A stretch of DNA of 37,074 nt from Acidiferrobacterales bacterium. GTDB taxonomy: Bacteria; Pseudomonadota; Gammaproteobacteria; Arenicellales; Poriferihabitantaceae. Positions 18,974 to 27,434 of this stretch are shown here, one piece after another. Location of the stretch: positions 1-37,074 of the forward strand of contig JAHQWE010000135.1 of the NCBI GenBank assembly GCA_019633985.1. Reading direction: 5' to 3'. Both the position numbers and the translations under genes were made by a program. Each line of letters starts with the position of its first letter. Positions within the stretch are counted from its first letter, which is position 1. A model generated the notes under the pieces. That model saw only the letters and a program-made list of their open reading frames with translations, ran no database searches and had not been told where the DNA came from.

Positions 18974-19921
18974 TTAATTAATCCAGCCGTTTACCGTATC
19001 CATATTGGCTTCCACCCAGGCCTCTGCAACATCTGCAGGATCTTCACCGTCACGACCAATCTGTAAAATCCAGCCATTGACTACCGCTGGATCCAACTGG
19101 ATTTGCGACAGAAATTTCGCGGCTGCTGGATTTCGAGTTTCCAGCGATTTAGAGTAAGCGACATAGACATTCGCATCTTTGTTTTCACAATTGAAAGTGG
19201 ACGCTTCCAGCCAGTCTTCCTGGTCCAGTTTGACATCTTCACAACCTTCGGTCCGCGGTGACTCTGACAAGGGGCTTAGCTCGTAAGCCGCATGGATCCA
19301 CTCTGGTGTCCAGTAATAAAAAATAATTGGTTCTTCACCGGCGATAGCGCCTTTTAGCTGAGCAAGAAAAGTCGCCTGGGGAACAATTTCAGGCTCCCAT
19401 AATTCACCAAGGTCGTAACTCTTAAACTTGACCTGCCACATCTTGGTTGATTTCCAACCAGCGTCTCCAGCCCAGTACTCGCCTTTTCCGTTACCATCTT
19501 TATCAAACAAGGCGGCAATTTCCGGTTTTTTTAAGTCATCAAAGGAAGAGACTTTATCCGCCATATAAGAAGGTACATACATCATCTGCGTACCAGGATA
19601 GGGCTGATTGTGGGCAACAGACTTTGCGTCGTCGATGTACTTGTCCCAGATCGCTTGCTGGTTAGGCATCCACATATCCGTGTACACATCGACTGAACCA
19701 TCACCTTTATCCATACCTGCGGCAATTACTGCCTGTTCGGATAGACCATCGACTACCTCGGCTTCCGACCCCATCGGGCCGTTAATGACGGCGGCGATTA
19801 CGTGACCAATTGCTTTTGCGCCAGTCCAGCTCAAATCTGAGATCGCCACTTTTTCCTGTGCGTGTACGACACTAGTCGACACTATCAGCGCGGTGGCTAA
19901 CAGGGTTTTTTTCAAGATCAT
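18974..19921 (-). CDS. glycine betaine/proline betaine ABC transporter substrate-binding protein (ProX/OpuAC-like)
   Basis: Signal peptide MILKKTLLATALIVSTSVVHA, preceded by a GAGGA Shine-Dalgarno. ProX-like fold blocks throughout. The ORF track's upstream extension is unlikely. Confidence 0.85.
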   Translation of the reverse strand: MILKKTLLATALIVSTSVVHAQEKVAISDLSWTGAKAIGHVIAAVINGPMGSEAEVVDGLSEQAVIAAGMDKGDGSVDVYTDMWMPNQQAIWDKYIDDAKSVAHNQPYPGTQMMYVPSYMADKVSSFDDLKKPEIAALFDKDGNGKGEYWAGDAGWKSTKMWQVKFKSYDLGELWEPEIVPQATFLAQLKGAIAGEEPIIFYYWTPEWIHAAYELSPLSESPRTEGCEDVKLDQEDWLEASTFNCENKDANVYVAYSKSLETRNPAAAKFLSQIQLDPAVVNGWILQIGRDGEDPADVAEAWVEANMDTVNGWIN

Positions 19922-20013
19922 AATGAATTCCTCATGTTTTTGGTTTAGCAGTAATATCTGGTCAGAGCGACACCCCAACCCTTCAATCGTTTTAGTTTCT
20001 CTTGGATGATCAA

Positions 20014-21645
20014 TTAGCTTCCGCTACGGTTGGCGCGTTGCACGATTCGGTCGATCACCATGGCGATCAAGGCAATAGCAATACCAGCGAGCATGCCGCG
20101 TCCAACTTGACTCTGTCCCAACGCGTCAACAACGATAAAGCCCAATCCACCTGCCCCGATAATCGCGGCGATCACCGCCATAGACAGACTCATCATCACC
20201 ACCTGGTTTACGCCAGCCATGATGGAGGGCGTTGCCAGTGGCAATTCAACCCGCGTTAACAATTGGCGAGGGCTGGCACCGAATGCCAACGCCGCTTCCT
20301 TGGTTGATTCGGGAACCTGCTTGATTCCAAGAGCCGTTAGTCTGACCATGGGCGGCATGGAAAATATCACCGTTGCAAGAATGCCCGGCGGCTTACCAAT
20401 GGAGAAAAACGCCACAGCGGGCAACAGATAGACGAACGAGGGAATCGTCTGCATCACGTCTAAAATGGGGGTAACAATGGCGGAGCCGCGTCGCGATTTA
20501 CCAACCCATACTCCCAGTGGGAGACCAACCACAACGCAGATGATTGTCGAAGCGATCACGATTGATACCGTGCTCATCGCCGTCTGCCAAAACCCAAAAA
20601 TACCTAGATAGATCAAAGTAGCTGCTGTAAATATCGCGACTCTCGGCCCTGCAAAATGAAAGGCAATCAATAAAAACAGCCCGGCAGTAACCAACCACGG
20701 CGTACCGACAAATACCGCTTCGATGGCATTTAACAGCGTCCGCAACCACTTGGTAATTCCATCAAAGATATAGCCATAAAATGCTTTCGCATAATCAATT
20801 CGTTGATCGATCACCTCAGACAACCAGACGTTCAGATTGACGGGTCGCTTCGCAGTTGATTCTTTCACCACCATAGTTCTTGTGCCATCTTCCGCTCGCG
20901 GGAATGAGAATTGTGGAGGGCGTTTTAACCACACCACGGTAGGCACTTCAGAAATTGTCAAACAATCAAATCGGGATTTGAAATCGACCGGCTTTCCGTC
21001 CTGCATCGCCCGGGCGACCTTAATACATGCGCGTGCTTCAGGCGCTTCCTGGGTGGATCGATACAACGTTAGCGGTGCGACTAAAACAACAATTAAGGCT
21101 GCAACCATCCATCTGCTTTTACTGACGCCTGAGTTCACCTTTGGGTTGATTCGCCAGGCACTGTATTGGCGATAGTAAAATCGATCGGCGAGCCAACCGA
21201 TGAGTAGTCGACCAATCACAAACAATAATACGGCCGCAAGCAGGTGCAACATCGTCCAATTGGAAAATCGCTCGATTAGAAAGCTCTTATCCGCTTCTAT
21301 CGCTGCCGCCTTGGCGACCGAAAAACGATAAACCAGACCAAGGTTTGCCGCCGCCATCATGTCGGTGGCAAATCCAATCCAGAACAGTAACCAGTTGCCA
21401 CGCAATGCCGCCCAGACAAAGCTTCCCACCAACGCTGCTTTATTAAAATGTAAGAAGGGTAGCTTCGATTGTTGAATTTTTAAAAAGGTACGAGAGTAGT
21501 ACTCTTCGTTTTGTTCGGCGAAGGTTGCAAACGCACGATTGACCTCGCGGTCTGCTGCTCCAGAAGCTTGAGCCTCTTTTTGCGCAGCGGCGACCTCTGC
21601 AAGGCTTTCGGTCTCTTGAGTGGTTGACTCGGAAGATGTGCTCAT
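20014..21645 (-). CDS. glycine betaine/proline ABC transporter permease (ProW-like) with a long N-terminal extension
   Basis: Canonical ProW C-terminal half: PPMVRLTALGIKQVPESTKEAALAFGASPRQLLTRVELPLA... plus about 190 extra N-terminal residues. Confidence 0.9.
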   Translation of the reverse strand: MSTSSESTTQETESLAEVAAAQKEAQASGAADREVNRAFATFAEQNEEYYSRTFLKIQQSKLPFLHFNKAALVGSFVWAALRGNWLLFWIGFATDMMAAANLGLVYRFSVAKAAAIEADKSFLIERFSNWTMLHLLAAVLLFVIGRLLIGWLADRFYYRQYSAWRINPKVNSGVSKSRWMVAALIVVLVAPLTLYRSTQEAPEARACIKVARAMQDGKPVDFKSRFDCLTISEVPTVVWLKRPPQFSFPRAEDGTRTMVVKESTAKRPVNLNVWLSEVIDQRIDYAKAFYGYIFDGITKWLRTLLNAIEAVFVGTPWLVTAGLFLLIAFHFAGPRVAIFTAATLIYLGIFGFWQTAMSTVSIVIASTIICVVVGLPLGVWVGKSRRGSAIVTPILDVMQTIPSFVYLLPAVAFFSIGKPPGILATVIFSMPPMVRLTALGIKQVPESTKEAALAFGASPRQLLTRVELPLATPSIMAGVNQVVMMSLSMAVIAAIIGAGGLGFIVVDALGQSQVGRGMLAGIAIALIAMVIDRIVQRANRSGS

Positions 21646-21648
21646 TAC

Positions 21649-22749
21649 CTATTCCCCCTGGATACCGCGTAATAGTGCGTCTTTTGTGACAACGCCCACA
21701 AGCTTGCCATCCTCACGAATTGCTACAGGTTGCTCTCGATTCACCGCCATGCTGATTAATGAATCCAAATCAGCTTCAGGGGAAGCCTCGGGCCATGTTT
21801 CAGTGCCCTCTAGTGAATGCCCCTGTTGTGAGTACTGCTCGGGATCTTGCATCACCGTGTGAGCGAAGACTAATTTCAGTCGAGAAATGCCCTGCACGAA
21901 ATCCGCGACATAATCATCTGCTGGACTAGTGACGATATCTTCGGGTGTTCCAATTTGAACGATGACTCCGTCTTTCATAATCGCTATCCGCGACCCCATT
22001 CGGATGGCTTCATCAAGATCATGGGTGATAAATAAGGTTGTTTTTCCCATCACCGCTGAGAGCTCTAGAAACTCATCCTGCAAACCGCGCCGAATCAGTG
22101 GATCCAGTGCTGAGAACGGTTCATCCATTAACAATATCTCAGGATCTGCTGCCAGCGCTCGCGCCAACCCTACTCGTTGTTGCATACCGCCAGATAATTC
22201 TGCCGGCATTCGGTCTCCATAACCCTGCAAGCTCACGGTTTCAATAACTTTATCCGACAGCTGCATGCGGGTGAAGGCGTCAACATTTCTGAGCTCCAAC
22301 GCAAAGCCAATATTGTCTCGCACAGTGCGATGGGGGAGGAGCGCCATATTCTGGAATACCATGCCAATACGGTCGGCTCTCAATAGTCGTAATTCTTTGG
22401 CATTCAAACCGCCGACATCGACACCCCCTACCTTGATTTCTCCATGGGTCGGTTCGATGAGTCGGTTGATATGACGGACCAGGGTGGACTTTCCCGAGCC
22501 GGACAACCCCATAATGCAAAAAATCTCGCTCTCATGGACGTCAAACGAAACCTCTCTCACACCCACTACCGCCTCGAAACGATCCAGCACCTCTGCCTTG
22601 CTCAGGTTTTCCTTTCGAATTGCTTCCAGGGCTTCGGCGGACCGATCGCCAAATATTTTCCAAACATCTCGCACCTGAATGACAGGCGAGACATCAGGGG
22701 GAGCAGTTGCGTCTACGGTCATGGTGTTGTCTTTTCCAGACTGCATCAA
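21649..22749 (-). CDS. glycine betaine/proline ABC transporter ATP-binding protein (ProV-like) with tandem CBS domains
   Basis: Walker A GLSGSGKST, signature LSGGMQQRV, Walker B LLMDEPFSALD, and a C-terminal CBS pair. Confidence 0.92.
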   Translation of the reverse strand: MMQSGKDNTMTVDATAPPDVSPVIQVRDVWKIFGDRSAEALEAIRKENLSKAEVLDRFEAVVGVREVSFDVHESEIFCIMGLSGSGKSTLVRHINRLIEPTHGEIKVGGVDVGGLNAKELRLLRADRIGMVFQNMALLPHRTVRDNIGFALELRNVDAFTRMQLSDKVIETVSLQGYGDRMPAELSGGMQQRVGLARALAADPEILLMDEPFSALDPLIRRGLQDEFLELSAVMGKTTLFITHDLDEAIRMGSRIAIMKDGVIVQIGTPEDIVTSPADDYVADFVQGISRLKLVFAHTVMQDPEQYSQQGHSLEGTETWPEASPEADLDSLISMAVNREQPVAIREDGKLVGVVTKDALLRGIQGE

Positions 22750-22766
22750 ATCGGAGAATTATTAAA

Positions 22767-22782
22767 ATGTAACCGGTTACAT
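22767..22782. promoter_or_regulatory. 16-bp perfect palindrome ATGTAACCGGTTACAT in the proV promoter/leader (candidate operator)
   Basis: Seen directly. Centre lies about 25 nt upstream of the proV start codon, between the putative promoter and the GGAG Shine-Dalgarno. Confidence 0.45.
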
Positions 22783-23048
22783 ATGGGTAAATTATGTGTT
22801 TTTCTCAAATTCAGGTCAAGACATCAGGGGAAATTCGGGATTTAACTCCTCGCAGCAGAGCGGGGTTATTGATTGAGATGGCCCATATTGAATAAGAATT
22901 CATCCGTGGTCTCGCCCTGAAGTGCATATCTGAGCAATCAAACCGCTTTGCGGCAAGACAGTGTTGCGATGTTTCCAGTTTTACGCAGAGCGCCATACTG
23001 CAATTTTCGAGCGGAGCCTGGAGTTTCCCCAAATGGGTAGTTGGACAA

Positions 23049-23555
23049 CTAGCAGCGGTCGATGGACGCTAACTTGAGTAGATCTTCATACAGCGGGAAT
23101 ATATTATTTTCCAACGCAACAAAATAGCGCAGCAACCCGACATCAATCGCGCGCATTTCATGCAAAAGCGCTTCCTCCTGCCACTTCTCAAGATTATCAC
23201 CCATCTCCAAGAGTCTTTCTGAGGATCTCTCTACTGATTTCAGGGCTACCTGTATTTTTCTGAACTGTGAACTGGTTTTAAGTTCGACAACATAGTTGTC
23301 GAGCAGACGATAAAGCTCCACCTCCTCCATTTCAAGATACGCAATCAACCCTGCGCTAAAACCAAGAAAGTGTGACTTAAAACTTTCAAGGTCGTCGTTT
23401 TGTAGTGCGCCGGTTGCGATCATCCCCCTCTTTCTCGTGATGTAAAACTGCCTCTTTATTTTGTCAACGAGATCGACATCCAAGTGATCGAGCCGTTTAC
23501 TCGAAATATCAAACTGCGTCTCTGAACGCGTGTTGGAATGAGTTCCCAAAAACAC
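23049..23555 (-). CDS. hypothetical alpha-helical protein (paralogous to upstream ORF; GTG start immediately after the upstream TAA)
   Basis: No recognised domain. Shares a YRLLD(N/D)xV motif with the 23556-24131 product. Confidence 0.4.
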   Translation of the reverse strand: MFLGTHSNTRSETQFDISSKRLDHLDVDLVDKIKRQFYITRKRGMIATGALQNDDLESFKSHFLGFSAGLIAYLEMEEVELYRLLDNYVVELKTSSQFRKIQVALKSVERSSERLLEMGDNLEKWQEEALLHEMRAIDVGLLRYFVALENNIFPLYEDLLKLASIDRC

Positions 23556-24131
23556 TTACCCAGCTTGTGCGAAGCTCAATGCATCTGAATTTTCACCCAC
23601 ATCAGTATTCAGTAGATCATGGCAGCAGGCGTGCAGCGCCCGCCTTTCTCTCTCGTAATGTGTGGAAACCTGAAAATCAATTTCGTAAACGGCAGATTCA
23701 AAAAACTGACAGCTCACATCGTCGACTGATTGATACTTGGCGAGAAATTTACTGACGTTTCTGTTTAGTTCGTACGCGCCCTTCTCCAGATGGAGAAACG
23801 CAGTATCAGTCTTTTCATACTTAAACTGCTCCAAGTTCAAGTACATACCAACGCTTACTAACTTAAGGTGATTCTTCAGCGCGGTACGATACAAAATAAA
23901 TCGACCCTGAATGGTATGTAACTCTTCTGAAGCGATCGCGCGTGCCAAGCTAGAAAAACTGGAAGATAAAAAAGTCTTGCTTGCGACAATGTCATCCAGC
24001 AATCGATAAACGTTTTGGGCCGCGTTTAACGCATCACCTTTGTTTACTTCCTGCCACCCTGGCGAACGGAATTGAGGTTGTATGTACATCTTTTTTCTCG
24101 TTTTATAATTTGTGAAAATGGATAACTGCAA
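23556..24131 (-). CDS. hypothetical alpha-helical protein
   Basis: No recognised domain. Shares a YRLLDD motif with the downstream in-frame ORF. His-rich HxxxE-like spacing (HLEKG...HYERE...HACCHD), reminiscent of but not diagnostic for a hemerythrin-like fold. Confidence 0.45.
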   Translation of the reverse strand: MQLSIFTNYKTRKKMYIQPQFRSPGWQEVNKGDALNAAQNVYRLLDDIVASKTFLSSSFSSLARAIASEELHTIQGRFILYRTALKNHLKLVSVGMYLNLEQFKYEKTDTAFLHLEKGAYELNRNVSKFLAKYQSVDDVSCQFFESAVYEIDFQVSTHYERERRALHACCHDLLNTDVGENSDALSFAQAG

Positions 24132-24320
24132 ACATCGCTGTTCACATCACCGTGTTAATTCTCTAACTGTCTGGTTTTTTTTGCTTTTCGGGTAACATTC
24201 AAAGATAGACTACTCAAGTTGAAGTGAGTCGTTCGAATAGTTGAACTCACATTAACAAATCCAACAAAGCCACACCGAACACTAGTCACCGTCGCATTAA
24301 CCGCTGCTGAAGACACGTGA

Positions 24321-24794
24321 TTATTTAAAAACAAGCACTCCACCATGTGCCCGACAGACAATCAATTCCGATTTTTTTTCTACCACTGATCGACTCACTC
24401 TTCTTTTTAATTTGTTCCAGATATCCATCGCCTGCATGGCATTGTCTTCAGCTACTGCGATAGCAATGACAGGAAGATTATCTGGAATATGATGGGAGAG
24501 AAGTCGACGGACTAGACGACCAAGCTGCTCTGCGTTTTTAAAATCACAGCCCTGGACTATCATTGATAGTCTGTTGTTTTGAACGTATACGCTAGCGCGT
24601 TCACTAACGTGTGCAGTAGAAGTCGCCATGGCGATTACCTCGCGCCAGTCTGTGCCTGAGTCAGGCACAGACTGGTGACGCGGATCAGAAACCGATCGGC
24701 AGATATGTACGATGGTAAATGGATAATTCGCCCCCAGTTGAATTGAATTAAGGAGCTTTAGGAATGCGCTGGCGGAAATGTTGTTGTTTTCCAA
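24321..24794 (-). CDS. hypothetical protein (157 aa) downstream of the two-component operon
   Basis: Open frame with an ATG start. No recognisable motif. Confidence 0.4.
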   Translation of the reverse strand: MENNNISASAFLKLLNSIQLGANYPFTIVHICRSVSDPRHQSVPDSGTDWREVIAMATSTAHVSERASVYVQNNRLSMIVQGCDFKNAEQLGRLVRRLLSHHIPDNLPVIAIAVAEDNAMQAMDIWNKLKRRVSRSVVEKKSELIVCRAHGGVLVFK

Positions 24795-24887
24795 ATTTTA
24801 TTATTCACCGCCCTTGCAAACTATAAGCTCTGCAAACCATCTCCTTACCCTCAATTCATCGGGAGATCGTCAGAGTGTGAACGAAAA

Positions 24888-24934
24888 GTGAAAAAAGAAA
24901 AATCCGTATGATTACCACCCGTAAGTCTACGGGT
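24888..24934 (-). terminator. intrinsic terminator after the response-regulator gene
   Basis: 7-bp stem ACCCGTA/TACGGGT with a 4-nt loop. On the minus strand it is followed by a U-run (GAAAAAAGAAAAA on plus). Confidence 0.5.
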
Positions 24935-24958
24935 TATGGATTCATAGGCAGAAGATGT

Positions 24959-25576
24959 TCAAGCGGAATGAATGTTACAGATTTTTGCGAGCTCGACCAG
25001 ATGAGTGATAGACGCCGCATCCATTTTTGACATTACCCGAGCACGATATTCATCGACGGTCCGATGGCTGATCTTTAGCTTACGCGCAATCTCTTTGTTC
25101 GACTGAGTTGCTACCCCTGCAACCAGTTCAGCCATAACCTGACGCTCGCGCTGGGTGAGCGTTTCGAACAATTGCAACGTATGTTGCTTAAGTTTTACCT
25201 GGTGCTGGGTGGCCTCATCTTTCGCTAACGCTTCCTTTAATCGATCCAGCAATGTATCCGTTGCGTAAGGTTTTTCCAAAAACTCGATGGCCCCACTTTT
25301 AATTGCATGTACGGAGGTTGGAATATCTCCATGACCGGTGACAAAAATTATGGGTATTTCCTGGTTGCGCTCGCCAAGTGCCGCCTGCACCTCCAAACCA
25401 GACATACCGGGCATGGCAATATCCAAAACCAAACAGCTCGGATGTACTTGTGAAAAGTTATCCAGAAAATCGTTTCCGCTCTCATACTCTTCGACCAGAT
25501 AGCCATGATGTGTCAGCGAGCGGGCCAGGCTTTTCCTGACTGCGCTGTCATCATCAACTACGTATACGGTATGCAC
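24959..25576 (-). CDS. two-component response regulator, FixJ/LuxR family (REC plus LuxR-type HTH)
   Basis: REC motifs VYVVDDD...LVLDIAMPGMSGLE...IIFVTGHGD. C-terminal LTQRERQVMAELVAGVATQSNKEIARKLKISHRTVDEYRARVMSKM. Confidence 0.92.
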   Translation of the reverse strand: MHTVYVVDDDSAVRKSLARSLTHHGYLVEEYESGNDFLDNFSQVHPSCLVLDIAMPGMSGLEVQAALGERNQEIPIIFVTGHGDIPTSVHAIKSGAIEFLEKPYATDTLLDRLKEALAKDEATQHQVKLKQHTLQLFETLTQRERQVMAELVAGVATQSNKEIARKLKISHRTVDEYRARVMSKMDAASITHLVELAKICNIHSA

Positions 25577-25580
25577 TGTT

Positions 25581-27164
25581 TTACTCCATTGCTGGCTTGT
25601 TTCTCACTGGAATTCGAATATGAAATGTTGTTCCTTTATTTTTTTCTGTCTCGCACTTAAGCGTACCACCGAGGTTCTCGACAATAGATCTACATATCGA
25701 CAAACCAAGTCCCATCCCCTTGGATTTGCCGGTAACGAACGGTTGAAAAAGATCTTTCATCACGTTCTCGGCAATTCCCGGCCCTGTATCCAAAACCGAA
25801 ACCAAAATAGTATTGGGCTTAATGTGTTGGGTACGAATGGTCACCAAACCCCGGTTGGTTTTTGCATCTGAGATCGACTCTATTGCATTTCTGCACAGGT
25901 TGACAAGCACTTGCTGCATTTGAATGGAGTCCAAAACGGTTTTCGGTAAATCTTGCGCTGGGAAAAAGTGTATGCCCACATTGGCTGCCCGTGCTTCAGG
26001 ACGGATAAGCTTTTCTGTAGAAACGATCAAACTATTGAGATCACAGAGAGTGATGTCACCAGGTTCTTTACGAATAAGATGGCGTAATCCACGAATGATT
26101 TCTCCTGCGCGCTGAGCTGAATCATTATTCTCATTGAGAATTTCTACGATCTCCAGATCAGGTGAATCTTTGCTTTTTTCAATAGAAATAGCAGTCTCAC
26201 AGTTATGACTGATGACGGTAAGAGGCTGATTCAATTCATGTGCCAAACCCGAAGCCATTTCCCCTAATGTGTTAAGTCGGGCCACATGGGCGAGTTCCAT
26301 TGATCGTTTTCTGTTTTCCTCCTCCAGTCTCTTCCTCGCACTGATATCATTTACGGTCGCCAAGACCACTCTCTTCTCCGGAAAATCAATCGGGATCAAA
26401 CTGATTTCCACAGGGAAAGCAGAGCCGTCTTTACGTATAGCAGAAAGTTCCTGTTCGATTCCCATTGGACGCACATTTCCATGCGCAAAAAAACCCTCCC
26501 TGTCCGCTGAGTGATGATTCCGCGTTTCTCCAGGCACCAAAGAATCTACATTGAGATCACACAATTCATCAGAAGTATATCCAAACAACTTCTCCATCAT
26601 ATCGTTGGCATATTCAATTTGGCCTTCTTTATTCACAATGACAATTCCGTCAGGAGCTTGTGCCAGAAAGGTACGAAGCTGACTCTCAGTTCTCTTGAGG
26701 TTTTCAGTGACAGTTTGCTGCGCCACAATCTCCGCCTGTAGTTTTGCGTTTAGTGCCTGTAGTTCTGCAGGAGATTTAAGTTCCGCCAGCTTCGGCAAAG
26801 TCGGCCATAATAGTGCCGCCGTGCCGGTAGAAATCAATGCGGTAAACCCTTTGGTGATTCCATGAATACCATAGCTGCCAGACCAAACCGTCCAGATTCC
26901 CATAAAGTGGGTCACTCCACAGGCGGCGATAAACAGCGAAAACATGATCATCATTGATCGAAACGGTAATAAAGGCCGCTGCCTGTAGAACAGATATAAC
27001 GTAATCGGAATCGAAAAATAGGCGATTGCAATGACACCGTCGGATAAAACGTTTAACCACAAGATATCTGGCCGCCAAAGGTAGCATTGACCATGGGGCA
27101 TATAGTTTGTCCAGAAGTTCAGATTGCCAGTTTCCATCGATATTTCCTCGGTCAGATATCGCAT
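25581..27164 (-). CDS. sensor histidine kinase with an N-terminal ethylene-binding-domain (ETR1-like, Cu-dependent) transmembrane sensor, PAS domain, and HisKA/HATPase
   Basis: The N-terminus aligns with the Arabidopsis ETR1 ethylene-binding domain: LSDGVIAIAYFSIPITLYLF...PFR...FIAACGVTHFMGIWTVW against ISDFFIAIAYFSIPLELIYF...PYR...FIVLCGATHLINLWTF. The Cu-ligand Cys-x3-His (ETR1 C65/H69) is conserved. A PAS domain follows (PDGIVIVNKEGQIEYAN), then an H-box ELAHVARLNTLGEMASGLAHELNQP, then HATPase N/G boxes. Sits 4 nt upstream of the FixJ-type regulator gene. Confidence 0.9.
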   Translation of the reverse strand: MRYLTEEISMETGNLNFWTNYMPHGQCYLWRPDILWLNVLSDGVIAIAYFSIPITLYLFYRQRPLLPFRSMMIMFSLFIAACGVTHFMGIWTVWSGSYGIHGITKGFTALISTGTAALLWPTLPKLAELKSPAELQALNAKLQAEIVAQQTVTENLKRTESQLRTFLAQAPDGIVIVNKEGQIEYANDMMEKLFGYTSDELCDLNVDSLVPGETRNHHSADREGFFAHGNVRPMGIEQELSAIRKDGSAFPVEISLIPIDFPEKRVVLATVNDISARKRLEEENRKRSMELAHVARLNTLGEMASGLAHELNQPLTVISHNCETAISIEKSKDSPDLEIVEILNENNDSAQRAGEIIRGLRHLIRKEPGDITLCDLNSLIVSTEKLIRPEARAANVGIHFFPAQDLPKTVLDSIQMQQVLVNLCRNAIESISDAKTNRGLVTIRTQHIKPNTILVSVLDTGPGIAENVMKDLFQPFVTGKSKGMGLGLSICRSIVENLGGTLKCETEKNKGTTFHIRIPVRNKPAME

Positions 27165-27434
27165 CGCTAAAAATAAACGTGCGGTACTCTATCATGTCGC
27201 CCGAAACCGACGTCGACGGGAAATAGAACTAAAGCAAACCATGCCTTAGTTCAGCACCAGGCATTATGAAATCAACTGGATGATCCGTTTCCGTCACGAA
27301 TGTGAGCTATCTCGACACTTATATATTTTTGCGAGACTTAGATACAAAGAGAAAATGTCGTCGGGAGTCTGAGGGCAGGGTTAAGACGGTCGCTCACTAA
27401 TCACTCGAAATGCGATTGGAATAAAACTCCTACG

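Noticed and set aside
20219-21175. Plus-strand ORFs inside proW (70, 112 aa) and similar short ORFs inside proV and the HK gene
   Set aside because: Antisense to well-supported CDSs and lacking motifs. Typical spurious frames.
26776-27195. 139-aa minus-strand ORF overlapping the 5' end of the histidine kinase gene
   Set aside because: It is in an alternative frame of the region encoding the conserved ethylene-binding-domain helices. The HK frame carries the recognisable motifs.
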